From Armatimonadota bacterium (GTDB taxonomy: Bacteria > Armatimonadota > SYMT01): a stretch of 64,000 nt of DNA. The stretch spans positions 384,001 to 448,000 of the forward strand of contig JAWLHY010000002.1 of NCBI GenBank assembly GCA_041690135.1, read 5' to 3'. The notes under the pieces were generated by a model. That model was not told where the DNA came from and ran no database searches. It was given only the letters and a program-made list of their open reading frames with translations. Shown piece after piece: positions 38,517 to 47,191 of the stretch. Each line of letters opens with the position of its first letter. The first letter of the stretch is position 1. Position numbers and translations under genes: made by a program.

Positions 38517-38825
38517 ATGGCGGATGGAATCCGGATCAATGATGCGGCGGTGGAGATCAGTCCGGAGGGGCTGCAGGCGCTGGTGAACCGGCAGGGGGCC
38601 GAGGTTCGGGTGACGAAGCTGGATCTCACCGCCTCGCCGGAGGCGCTGAACGCGCTCCTGTCCGGACTGGCCCCCGAGGGGCAGACCGCTCCTACCGTGG
38701 AGGTTTCGGACGGCCGCCTGCAGCTTTCCGGCACCCGGGAAGGCAAATCCCTGAACCTGGACTTGCAGGTCGGCGGGCTGCACCTCGAGTTCACGGCGGA
38801 AGGTCTCCGCCTGGTGACCGGCTAG
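38517..38825 (+). CDS. Hypothetical protein
   Basis: 102-aa ORF in operon context; internal ISPEGLQAL/ASPEALNAL repeat. Confidence 0.65.
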   Translation: MADGIRINDAAVEISPEGLQALVNRQGAEVRVTKLDLTASPEALNALLSGLAPEGQTAPTVEVSDGRLQLSGTREGKSLNLDLQVGGLHLEFTAEGLRLVTG

Positions 38826-38829
38826 ACCG

Positions 38830-39321
38830 ATGGCTCTACCGGCGGTCCAGATCACTGGCGTGCGGGCCGAAATCGACCCCGTGGCCCTCGCGCGCAAACA
38901 GGTGCGCGTGGAGGTCAGCGCCGGCGTACTCCGTATCTCTGATAGGGGCCTCGCGGCCGTGCTTAGCCCGGCGGGGGTATTGGTGGACCGCATCTCCAAC
39001 GGCCGGATCTTCCTCCGCAAGCGCCAATCCCTGCCCGTGGTCGGTCTTGTGGACGTCAGCCTGGAGTATCACCCCTCCCTTGGGCAGCGGGGACGGATCA
39101 CCTTCGACCTGGTGGCGTTCCGCGCCGGGGTATTCTCGGTCCCCGGCTTCGTGGTGAGCGGCCTCATCGCGGGTGCAGTCCGAGGAAAACCGGGTATCCA
39201 CATTACCGAAGACAACCGCATCGAACTGGACCTGGGGGAGGTACTGGCGGAGGCCGGGATCCGGCTTCCGGCTCCTAAAGCGCTCGGCGCCGATGGGGGA
39301 GTTTTGGAAGTTGCCTTTTAG
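38830..39321 (+). CDS. Hypothetical protein
   Basis: 163-aa ORF, 4 bp after the previous stop. Confidence 0.65.
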   Translation: MALPAVQITGVRAEIDPVALARKQVRVEVSAGVLRISDRGLAAVLSPAGVLVDRISNGRIFLRKRQSLPVVGLVDVSLEYHPSLGQRGRITFDLVAFRAGVFSVPGFVVSGLIAGAVRGKPGIHITEDNRIELDLGEVLAEAGIRLPAPKALGADGGVLEVAF

Positions 39322-39361
39322 GGCGTGAGGCGCGTGACCGTTAGATAGTTGATCCTACTGA

Positions 39362-40147
39362 ATGTCTGAATCGATTCCCATCTACCGTGCCGAGGTGCTG
39401 GACCATGTGGAGGTCGCGCCGGAGCACTTTGTCATGACCCTGGACGCCCCGGAGATCGCGCGCGAAGCACGGCCGGGGCAATTTGTGATGGTCCGGTCGC
39501 TCGGCACCTGGGACCCGCTGCTGCCGCGTGCCTTCAGCGTGTACCACGCTGATGCGGAGGGCGGCTGCATCGACATCATGTACCGTCAGGTAGGCCGCGG
39601 CACCGGCCGGCTCCGGCTGAATGAGCCCGGGGTGCACGTCCAACTGTGGGGGCCTCTCGGCAAACCATTCCAACTGGCGGACGTAGAGCAGGTAGTGCTG
39701 GTGGGCGGCGGCGTGGGGGTGCCTCCCATCGTCTTTTACGCCGAGTACCTCGACCGCCTGCTGGCGCCGGTGAAAGTGGTTGCCCTGATCGGTGCCTCCA
39801 CCGAAACGTTCCTGGTGGGGATCGACCACCTCCAGCGCGCGAACGCGACGGTCCGCGTGGCGACGGACGACGGGACCGCGGGACACCACGGTTACGTCAC
39901 GCAGCTACTGCCGGAATATCTGGAAGACACGCCCACGGCGGTCTACGCCTGCGGTCCGATGCCGATGCTGGCGGCCGTGGCCCGCATTACCGAAGCGCAG
40001 GGGGTTCCGGCCGAGCTCGCCCTGGAGGCCCCAATGGCCTGTGGGGTGGGTGCGTGCCTGGGATGTACGGTTCCCCGCCGTGAAGGGGGCTACGCGCGTG
40101 TGTGTACGGACGGCCCCGTGTTTCGTCCCGAGGAGATCGCCTGGTGA
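39362..40147 (+). CDS. pyrK: Dihydroorotate dehydrogenase electron-transfer subunit
   Basis: PGQFVM, GPLG.PF, GGGVG.PP, ACGP.PM, MACGVGACLGC..VC.DGPVF. Confidence 0.93.
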   Translation: MSESIPIYRAEVLDHVEVAPEHFVMTLDAPEIAREARPGQFVMVRSLGTWDPLLPRAFSVYHADAEGGCIDIMYRQVGRGTGRLRLNEPGVHVQLWGPLGKPFQLADVEQVVLVGGGVGVPPIVFYAEYLDRLLAPVKVVALIGASTETFLVGIDHLQRANATVRVATDDGTAGHHGYVTQLLPEYLEDTPTAVYACGPMPMLAAVARITEAQGVPAELALEAPMACGVGACLGCTVPRREGGYARVCTDGPVFRPEEIAW

Positions 40148-41097
40148 GCACCGTGGAAGTGAAGCGCGAGACCCGGCCGAGTCTCGAGGTGGAGTTGGCG
40201 GGGATGAAGCTGAAGAACCCGGTGATGTCCGCCTCCGGGTGCTTCGGCTGGGGCGAGGAGTATGCCCGGTTCTTCGATCTGAACCGGATGGGAGCGCTGG
40301 TCGGCAAAGCGGTCACCCCGCGCCCGCGGCCGGGGAACCCGGACGTCCGGATCGCCGAGACCCCGGCGGGGATGCTGAATGCCATCGGGCTTCAGAACCC
40401 GGGACCGGAAGGTTTCCTCAACCAGATCCTGCCGCGAGTGCGCCTCCTGGACCTCCCGGTCTGGGTGAACGTCTCCGCCAACTCCCTGCAGGAGTACGTG
40501 GACCTCTGCGACCTCCTCTCCCAGGCAGACGGCGTTTCCGCCATCGAGCTGAACCTCTCTTGCCCGAACGTGGGGCGCGGGGGAGCGGAGTTCTGCGTGG
40601 TACAGGAGGCGGTGCGCGAGACGGTGTCCGCCTGCCGCAAGGTCTGCCGCGTGCCGCTGATCCCCAAGCTCTCCCCCAACACGACCGACGTGGTCGCCCT
40701 GGCGCGCGCGGCGGAAGAGGCGGGAGCCGACGCCGTGTCGCTCATCAATACCCTGGTGGGGATGGCGATCGACATCGACCGGCGGCGACCGGTGCTCGGC
40801 AACCAGACCGGAGGCCTTAGCGGCCCGGCCGTGAAGCCGATCGCCCTGCGGATGGTCTACGAGGTATCCGGCGCCATCTCGATCCCGGTGGTGGGGATCG
40901 GCGGCATCGCGTGCTGGCAGGACGCGGTGGAGTTCCTGATGGCCGGCGCCGCCGCGGTCCAGGTGGGCACCGCGAACTTCTTCAACCCCACGGCCATTCC
41001 GGAAGTGATCGACGGCCTGGAGAACTGGCTGCGCGAGAAGCAGATTGGCGACGTCCGCGAGATCATCGGGGTCGCGCGCCAGCCCAAGCGGCGGTAG
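40144..41097 (+). CDS. pyrD: Dihydroorotate dehydrogenase B catalytic subunit
   Basis: KNPVMSASG, MLNAIGLQNPG, ELNLSCPN, KLSPN, INT, GGLSGPAVKP; GTGA overlap with pyrK. Confidence 0.95.
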   Translation: MSTVEVKRETRPSLEVELAGMKLKNPVMSASGCFGWGEEYARFFDLNRMGALVGKAVTPRPRPGNPDVRIAETPAGMLNAIGLQNPGPEGFLNQILPRVRLLDLPVWVNVSANSLQEYVDLCDLLSQADGVSAIELNLSCPNVGRGGAEFCVVQEAVRETVSACRKVCRVPLIPKLSPNTTDVVALARAAEEAGADAVSLINTLVGMAIDIDRRRPVLGNQTGGLSGPAVKPIALRMVYEVSGAISIPVVGIGGIACWQDAVEFLMAGAAAVQVGTANFFNPTAIPEVIDGLENWLREKQIGDVREIIGVARQPKRR

Positions 41098-41131
41098 AGT
41101 CGGAGGGGAAGCATCCCCGCCGGTGGAGTGT

Positions 41132-41176
41132 GGAGTAGGAGTAGGAGTAAGAGTAGGAGTAAGAGTAGGAGTAGGA
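41132..41176. repeat. GGAGTA hexamer tandem repeat (about 7 copies)
   Basis: ggagtaggagtaggagtaagagtaggagtaagagtaggagtagga. Confidence 0.85.
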
Positions 41177-41302
41177 AGTTCGGTCCGGACGAACGGAGCG
41201 ACAGCATTGCCGCGTGCTGATGGCCCCAATACAGGTGGCGGTTTGCAGGCGCAGGGACGTGGGCATCATCGTGGCTCTGTGTTTGCCATGGACGCGAGGG
41301 GT

Positions 41303-41499
41303 GTAGGGCCGGACCTCTGTCCCGGCCTGGCCATGGACATAGTACCAGTCACGCCGGCCGGAGCAACGACACGGACACGCACCCATCCAACGGCTCTGAT
41401 AAACGGCACAGGCCCAACGCACCCGGCCGGAGGATCAGGCTCACACGGCGTGACGGGTACAAATCCAGGACCAGGCAGGCATCGGAAAGCCTGCCCTAC
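41303..41499. repeat. Inverted pair of GTAG-headed REP-like hairpins
   Basis: GTAGGGCCGG..CCGGCC at about 41304 and GGCAGGC..GCCTGCCCTACA ending at about 41499. Confidence 0.55.
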
Positions 41500-41588
41500 A
41501 TTGCTGCGCCACCAGGACAATGCTGAGGTACCAGGCCCGTGCGCGTGGTCAACGTTATGCCCTATTGTCCGGAGAGGACCGCGTCGCC

Positions 41589-43019
41589 ATGTTGCGCCAC
41601 CTACCGCTGCTTCTGGTCACGGGATTACTCCTTGTCCAACCGGGCTGTCCCGCGGAAGCGGCGCCGCGGCTGACGCTCACGTTGGAAAGCGCCACGCTGC
41701 ACGGCACCCTGCGGGCGCTCCGGGCCTATTATGGTTGGGAATTGACCGGGCCGGACGGGGCGGGGTCAGTAGGCTTCAAGGAGGCTCCCGGCGCCCCGCA
41801 CTCCCGGTTTGCCTGGAAGGAAGCAGACGCAGGCACCGTGCTCCGGTCCGTGGCGGAGGCGTTCCGGCTCCAGGTGGCGATGCCGGCCCCGGACGTGGTC
41901 CGGTTCACCGCCGGTGCCGCACCCGCGCGCGGCGTGAGCTACCGGGGCGAACGGCTCATTACTACGCTCCATGAGGTGATCCAGCGGGAAAAGGTCACCC
42001 AGAAGGGTGCCGCTACAACGCCAGAGGTCACCCGCTCGTTGGAACTGCGGCTCACCCTGCGCACACCCGGTGCCGACCGCCTGTCCCTCTCCGGGCTGGA
42101 AAGCCTCCGCGCCGTCGACGACCGGGGGCGCACGCTGGAACTGCTGGAATTGCCCGACCTCCGCTCCCGCTCGGAAGGAGCCAGCGACCTTCCCGACGAG
42201 CGGACCCTCCCCCTGAAGCTCGCGGGATTCGACCCGGCGGCGACCCGGCTAGTCACCCTGGATGGTAAGCTCACCCTCTTCCGCACGACAGAGACGCACC
42301 GCATCGAGATCCCGAGCGCGGAGGTGCTGAAGGCGGTGACCCGGAAGGCGGGACCCCTGGAGTTGCAGGTCTCCGGCCTTCAAGTCAACGACCGGAGCGT
42401 GTCGGGCGAATACCGCCTTCAGTGGCCGGATGGTTCGGAGATCGTGATGGGGACCGCGGCCGAGCGGGCGACCGGGATCTGCTTCGCGCGCCTCCCGAGC
42501 GGCCGGCGGATGGACCTTCCGGGCCAGGTGGTGGAGCAGTCTTTCACGCCGGGGCAACCGCGAACTGCCCGGGTGCGCCTCGCACCTCTCCAACTTCCGG
42601 AAGAGCCGGTCGCGTTCGTCTGGGAGCTCCCGCTCCGTGCGCGGCCGGATGTGTCCGCAGATTTCCGATTCGCGAACGTACCGCTCCCCTTAGCTGCTGA
42701 ACGGGATGTGCCCAAAGATACCGGTAAGCTGCTCATCCGGTTGGCGCGCAGCATCTCACTGCGGGAAGGCGAACTCTCGGTTGGGTTGGCGCGCCGCGTG
42801 GGGAAGGGCTGGGGTCCGATCCGGTGGACCAGCGTGGAACTGGATCCCTTGGGTGAGGTTCGAATGCGCGGGGTCGCCCCGGCGGAGTACCGGGTTCGGC
42901 TCAGGTTCCGCCGCCGGGACGCGAGTGGGAAGCTCGGAACGCCGACAATGCTCAAGAGTACACCCGCCACCGTCGCGGTGACGGCTGCCCGGGAGAGCCG
43001 GATCCAGGCGGCCCCTTAA
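41589..43019 (+). CDS. Hypothetical secreted protein
   Basis: Signal-like N-terminus (MLRHLPLLLVTGLLL..AEA); long ORF; start uncertain. Confidence 0.7.
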   Translation: MLRHLPLLLVTGLLLVQPGCPAEAAPRLTLTLESATLHGTLRALRAYYGWELTGPDGAGSVGFKEAPGAPHSRFAWKEADAGTVLRSVAEAFRLQVAMPAPDVVRFTAGAAPARGVSYRGERLITTLHEVIQREKVTQKGAATTPEVTRSLELRLTLRTPGADRLSLSGLESLRAVDDRGRTLELLELPDLRSRSEGASDLPDERTLPLKLAGFDPAATRLVTLDGKLTLFRTTETHRIEIPSAEVLKAVTRKAGPLELQVSGLQVNDRSVSGEYRLQWPDGSEIVMGTAAERATGICFARLPSGRRMDLPGQVVEQSFTPGQPRTARVRLAPLQLPEEPVAFVWELPLRARPDVSADFRFANVPLPLAAERDVPKDTGKLLIRLARSISLREGELSVGLARRVGKGWGPIRWTSVELDPLGEVRMRGVAPAEYRVRLRFRRRDASGKLGTPTMLKSTPATVAVTAARESRIQAAP

Positions 43020-43036
43020 AGCGATTTTGGATCAGA

Positions 43037-43879
43037 ATGCCCAGGCCACCCTCACCTCTGTTTCTTCTCATCGGGCTCGCGACGCTCGCGATCGCGGGCA
43101 CGTCTTTGTGGCTCTGGCAGCGGGGCAAGCGGCCCATGCCGCTCTACTTCGGCCTGGGGATGGTAGCCTGGGTGATCGGGTTCGCCCTGGAGCGGGGTTT
43201 CTTCGGCATCACTCGTGAGGCGGTCTTCCTGATTGTCGACCTCACCCTCGGCGCTGATCGGGCCACCGCGCTCCTCTGGATTTATCCCGGGATCGTGGCG
43301 GGCCTGCTCCAGTGCGGGGTGCTGCAACTCGTCATCGACCGCACTCGTGCCCGGGAGGCGGATTGGTATGAGGCGGCCGCCTTCGGCATCGGTTTCGGTG
43401 TCCTCAAGGTGGCTCTCTGGGGGCTTTTTTCATTGGCGGGGGTGCTGTACCTCACCCTGTTCTGGGGCACGCTGGAGGCACCGCAGCAGGCATTCGTGGG
43501 TCAGCAGTTCGGCCGTAATTACGGGCTCATACCCCTGGAAGTTCTGGATCACGGGTTCACCCTGGTCATCCATGTGTTCACCGCCCTGCTGGTGCTCTAC
43601 GGGCGACAGCAGCGCCAGGCGCGTTGGTTCTGGCTGGCCGTATTCTACAGCAGCGCGATCCACAGCGCGGCGCCCTGGGTGGCCGACATTCTGGGGACCC
43701 GCCAGGCGGCGCGCCCGGTGGACCTGGCCCAGTACGAGGCACTCATCGGCAGCTTCGCGTTGGTGGCGCTCCTGGGAATCCGGGCGCTCAAGCCGCGCTT
43801 TGCCGCGCCGAAGCCGTACGAGCCGGAGGAACCGCGCGAGGAGCAGCCGGAACTGCTGGAGATGATTGTCTCCTCTTAG
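43037..43879 (+). CDS. YhfC/PrsW-like intramembrane protease homolog, catalytic motifs degenerate
   Basis: TM topology and spacing match YhfC; AGLLQC and GFGVLK stand where AGxFEE and GHGGxE are expected. Confidence 0.65.
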   Translation: MPRPPSPLFLLIGLATLAIAGTSLWLWQRGKRPMPLYFGLGMVAWVIGFALERGFFGITREAVFLIVDLTLGADRATALLWIYPGIVAGLLQCGVLQLVIDRTRAREADWYEAAAFGIGFGVLKVALWGLFSLAGVLYLTLFWGTLEAPQQAFVGQQFGRNYGLIPLEVLDHGFTLVIHVFTALLVLYGRQQRQARWFWLAVFYSSAIHSAAPWVADILGTRQAARPVDLAQYEALIGSFALVALLGIRALKPRFAAPKPYEPEEPREEQPELLEMIVSS

Positions 43880-43911
43880 ATCCGTCAAAGAGTAAGCACT
43901 TCATTGCACCT

Positions 43912-44106
43912 AGCCGGCGGAGGCCGGCTTCGCCGTGTGTAGGTGCGAGTTCACTCGCCCAGTTGAAGCTGGAGATGATCGTTTCCTCGTAGCCCCCTGC
44001 ACAAACCGGCGAGGTTCCAGGCAATCGTCTTTAGAGGGGTCACGGAATCGTCGCTTCCGTTGGGCGAGTGAACTCACGCCTACAAACGGCAAAGCCCGTA
44101 CGGGCT
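43912..44106. repeat. About 45-bp imperfect inverted repeat pair (REP/REPIN-like) enclosing a copy of the upstream gene's 3' end
   Basis: TGTAGGTGCGAGTTCACTCGCCCA (43938-43961) versus TGGGCGAGTGAACTCACGCCTACA (44061-44084). Confidence 0.75.
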
Positions 44107-44160
44107 GGCGACGGTCAAGTGGTGTTGCACCGGCGATTCCTCGGCAAGGGGGAAGTTTAA

Positions 44161-45048
44161 TTGCCTCGCGCCACGGTTCAGGGAATCGATCTGTACTATC
44201 TGGTGGATGGGCCTCCCGAACGGCCGGTGGTGGTGCTGATCAACGGGTTCAGCGCCCCGCTGGAGATGTGGGCGCCCACGGTTCCCGCGCTCGTGCCCCA
44301 GTTCCGCGTGCTCACCTACGACCTGCGCGGGCACGGCCGCTCGGACCTGCCGTTCGGCGGCTACGATCTCGCGACCCAGGCGGGCGACCTGCTGGGGCTA
44401 TTGGATCACCTGGGGATCGAGCGGGCGCACCTCGTGGGCGATGCCGCGGGCGGAGGAATCGCCGTGGAAGCGGCGCTCCAGCAACCGGAGCGCGTGCAGT
44501 CGCTGGTCCTGATCGGCACGCGCATCCACGGCTGGAAGGAGCCGCCCGGCTCGGTGCTTCCCCCCACGGAGGAGGAGGTCGAGTACAACCGCGAATTCCA
44601 GCGGTGCTTCCAGGAGGAAGGGCTGCCGGAGATCCTGGATCAGTGGTGGATGGGGGAGTGGTCGCGCCCCCTGCGGGAAGACCCCGTCCGGCGACGGGCA
44701 GCCCAGTTCCGCGACCTGATCATGAGCCATCCCGGAGGTGCCTGGCGGGCGACGCTCCCTCCGCGGCCCGTGCCCGCGCACCATCCCCGCCTGGGGGAGC
44801 TCCGGATGCCTACCCTGGTGGTAACGGGTGGCGCGGATGTGCCGGTCGTCAAGCTGCACGCCCAGGAGTGGCTGAAGGGACTCCCACGCGCTTTCTATGC
44901 CGAGATTCCCGAGGCGGGACACATCCCCAGTTGGGAGTTCCCCGACCGGTTCAACTCCGTGTTGCTCCAATTCCTGGCCAGCCCCGCAAACGAAACGGAA
45001 CCGCCCCCGCCTCTTCCGGTTCATGAAACCGGTCCGGAAAACGACTGA
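44161..45048 (+). CDS. Alpha/beta-fold hydrolase with non-canonical nucleophile elbow
   Basis: YDLRGHGRS, HLVGDAAGG, PTLVVTG..D, AGH..E.P..FN; TTG start. Confidence 0.85.
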   Translation: MPRATVQGIDLYYLVDGPPERPVVVLINGFSAPLEMWAPTVPALVPQFRVLTYDLRGHGRSDLPFGGYDLATQAGDLLGLLDHLGIERAHLVGDAAGGGIAVEAALQQPERVQSLVLIGTRIHGWKEPPGSVLPPTEEEVEYNREFQRCFQEEGLPEILDQWWMGEWSRPLREDPVRRRAAQFRDLIMSHPGGAWRATLPPRPVPAHHPRLGELRMPTLVVTGGADVPVVKLHAQEWLKGLPRAFYAEIPEAGHIPSWEFPDRFNSVLLQFLASPANETEPPPPLPVHETGPEND

Positions 45049-45115
45049 AGCTCTCCCAGGCGAGCACCGCGGTCGTCGCCCGGTGTTAAGGAATTTGCCC
45101 GGAAGGAGAGCTGCG

Positions 45116-45886
45116 ATGTTCAGGAAAGCCTATCTACTCGGCCTCACTCTGCTGGTGGGGACGGCTGCCGCGGCCGGCGCGGCCCCGCAGCCGCAGCGGG
45201 TGGCGCTTCAATCCGAGACATGGCGGGACATCCTGAGCGATCTCTTCCGAGAACGGGGAACTCGGGATGGCGGGAGCCTGCTCGGAGACCGAAAGATCGA
45301 AGCAGGCCTCCGGGAAGCGCTGGAAGTGGGGACGAAAAACGCCGTTAAAAAGACGGGGCGGGCCGACGGCTTCTTCCGGAACGCCGACATCCGGATCCCG
45401 CTGCCGAAGCAACTCCGCCCCGTGGAACAGGGCCTGCGTCTCGTCGGGCAGGAGCGGGTGGTGGACCAGTTCGTGCTGAGCATGAACCGGGCCGCGGAGC
45501 GTGCCGCGCCGCAGGCCGCCTCGATCTTCCTGGATGCGATACGGGGCATCCAGTTCTCCGATGTGCGTCGCATCTTCTCCGGCGGCGATACCGCGGCCAC
45601 GGACTTCCTCCGCGACCGGACTTCCCAGCGCCTCGCGACGGCCTTCGATCCGATTGTCGGTAAGGCGATGGACGAAGTCGGCGTGACCCGCCAGTATCGG
45701 CAGCTCACCGGCCGGTTGGAAAACCTGCCGTTGGGGGGCGTCCGCTCCTTCGACCTGAACGACTACGTGGTGGAACAGTCGCTCAATGGCCTCTTCCACG
45801 TGCTGGGCGAAGAAGAAAAGGCGATCCGCCGCAACCCCGTAGCGCGAGTGACCCAACTGCTGAAAGATGTGTTCGGAAACCGGTAA
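45116..45886 (+). CDS. DUF4197 family secreted protein
   Basis: GLREALEVG, DGFF.N..IRIPLP, MNRAAE.A, EEKAIRRNPVAR..LLK.VFG; AAGGAG RBS. Confidence 0.9.
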   Translation: MFRKAYLLGLTLLVGTAAAAGAAPQPQRVALQSETWRDILSDLFRERGTRDGGSLLGDRKIEAGLREALEVGTKNAVKKTGRADGFFRNADIRIPLPKQLRPVEQGLRLVGQERVVDQFVLSMNRAAERAAPQAASIFLDAIRGIQFSDVRRIFSGGDTAATDFLRDRTSQRLATAFDPIVGKAMDEVGVTRQYRQLTGRLENLPLGGVRSFDLNDYVVEQSLNGLFHVLGEEEKAIRRNPVARVTQLLKDVFGNR

Positions 45887-46005
45887 GTGGTGCGTCAGAT
45901 AGGCGCAGGCAGACTCCTGCTACTACGCCCCGAGCCCAACGAGAACTAGCTGCAGTTCTGCACTTTAGGGCAGTGCGGGACTGCAAGCCAGTGCCTTTGG
46001 CACTT

Positions 46006-46153
46006 GTAGGGAACGTCTCGCCGTAGCGTTCCGTGGGCCTGAACATGATCTCGTCCCGCCAACTCGTGATTGTTCGTGCCCAGGGTCGGTCCGGTTTGAC
46101 AGAACGGGTTCAACTTCGTTGACTTCGGAATGGAACGGCGTCACATTCCCTAC
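46006..46153. repeat. Inverted pair of GTAG-headed REP-like elements
   Basis: GTAGGGAACG..CGTTCC and GGAACG..CATTCCCTAC. Confidence 0.55.
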
Positions 46154-46161
46154 GTTCCGGG

Positions 46162-46416
46162 TCACAAAGGCCGAAGTTGACCCCAGAGCCATTCCCCACG
46201 CGCCTCTTCGCAGGCCTCTGCCAGAGATTGGAGCTCCTCCGGGGTCATGGCTGCATGGATCTGCTGAAGCCGCTCCAGAGGGGATACTCCCGGCTCACTT
46301 GACCCGTTACCGGCCAGACGTGCAAACTGCAATCTGAGGTCGGCTATCTCTTCGCGTAGAGCCTGAACCTCATGGGCAGTGGCAATCGGTGTTCCATTGA
46401 GGACCGGAGTACTCAT
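46162..46416 (-). CDS. Small hypothetical protein (coiled-coil; possibly an orphan antitoxin)
   Basis: 84 aa; TAAATT lies 6 nt before the ATG. Confidence 0.45.
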   Translation of the reverse strand: MSTPVLNGTPIATAHEVQALREEIADLRLQFARLAGNGSSEPGVSPLERLQQIHAAMTPEELQSLAEACEEARGEWLWGQLRPL

Positions 46417-46485
46417 ACCTACAATTTACCGCGACTCCGTGAAGCCGGGAGGCACCGCTCGAGCCAGTCCATGGCTACCAGCCCC

Positions 46486-47181
46486 TCATTCATCTTCCCC
46501 TTGTTGCCGATCACGTTCTGACTCAGCTTCTTCCGGGATCGCCGGTTCTGCATCCGCTGCGGAGTCTGTGGCTGTGATGGGAGTTTCGGGGTCGGAATGG
46601 GGCGGCGGTGTGAAGGGTTGCCTCAGAGACACGCTCCAGTCCTCCGGCACGTACTTCAGATCGGCCGAATCCTCCAGGTAGAGGGTCAGCTTCCACCCGG
46701 TGCGGCGCGCAAGGAGTTCTCCGATCGGCTGAAGCTGGTACGAGCCGAAGATGAGGCTGCCGAGCTCAACGCCCTTGCGCACAGCGCGAAGCCGCCAGCG
46801 ATCCTGGCCGCCTCGGAGGAGGATGGCCTCCAGGTTGGCGCCGAGTAGTCTTCGCCGCCGCCACGGGAGGCCGCAGAAGAAACGCTGTTGTTCGAGGAAG
46901 TTGTCCCCGGCCAGGTACGCCACGGTCGTGGCTCCGTGCACCAGCAGCATCGCGGCGAAGCAGGAGAACATCCCGATCAGCAGCCAGTTGGCGTCCGCGT
47001 AGACCCGGTTGCGCACCGTGGCCGCAAGGCCGATGAAGACCACGGCTCCCAGCAGCGAGAGCGGCTGCAGTCCGCCGTAGGGGTGCTGCCGCAGGCGGAG
47101 AGTGCCGTCGGCCAACGGTTCGAATCGCCAGTCGCGGAGGGCCCAGTTCGCCTCGGAACAGAGCTCGGTGGGTGTACGCAT
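46486..47181 (-). CDS. Hypothetical membrane protein (2 TM, acidic tail)
   Basis: 231-aa ORF with two hydrophobic segments. Confidence 0.65.
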   Translation of the reverse strand: MRTPTELCSEANWALRDWRFEPLADGTLRLRQHPYGGLQPLSLLGAVVFIGLAATVRNRVYADANWLLIGMFSCFAAMLLVHGATTVAYLAGDNFLEQQRFFCGLPWRRRRLLGANLEAILLRGGQDRWRLRAVRKGVELGSLIFGSYQLQPIGELLARRTGWKLTLYLEDSADLKYVPEDWSVSLRQPFTPPPHSDPETPITATDSAADAEPAIPEEAESERDRQQGEDE

Positions 47182-47191
47182 AGAATTGGGA

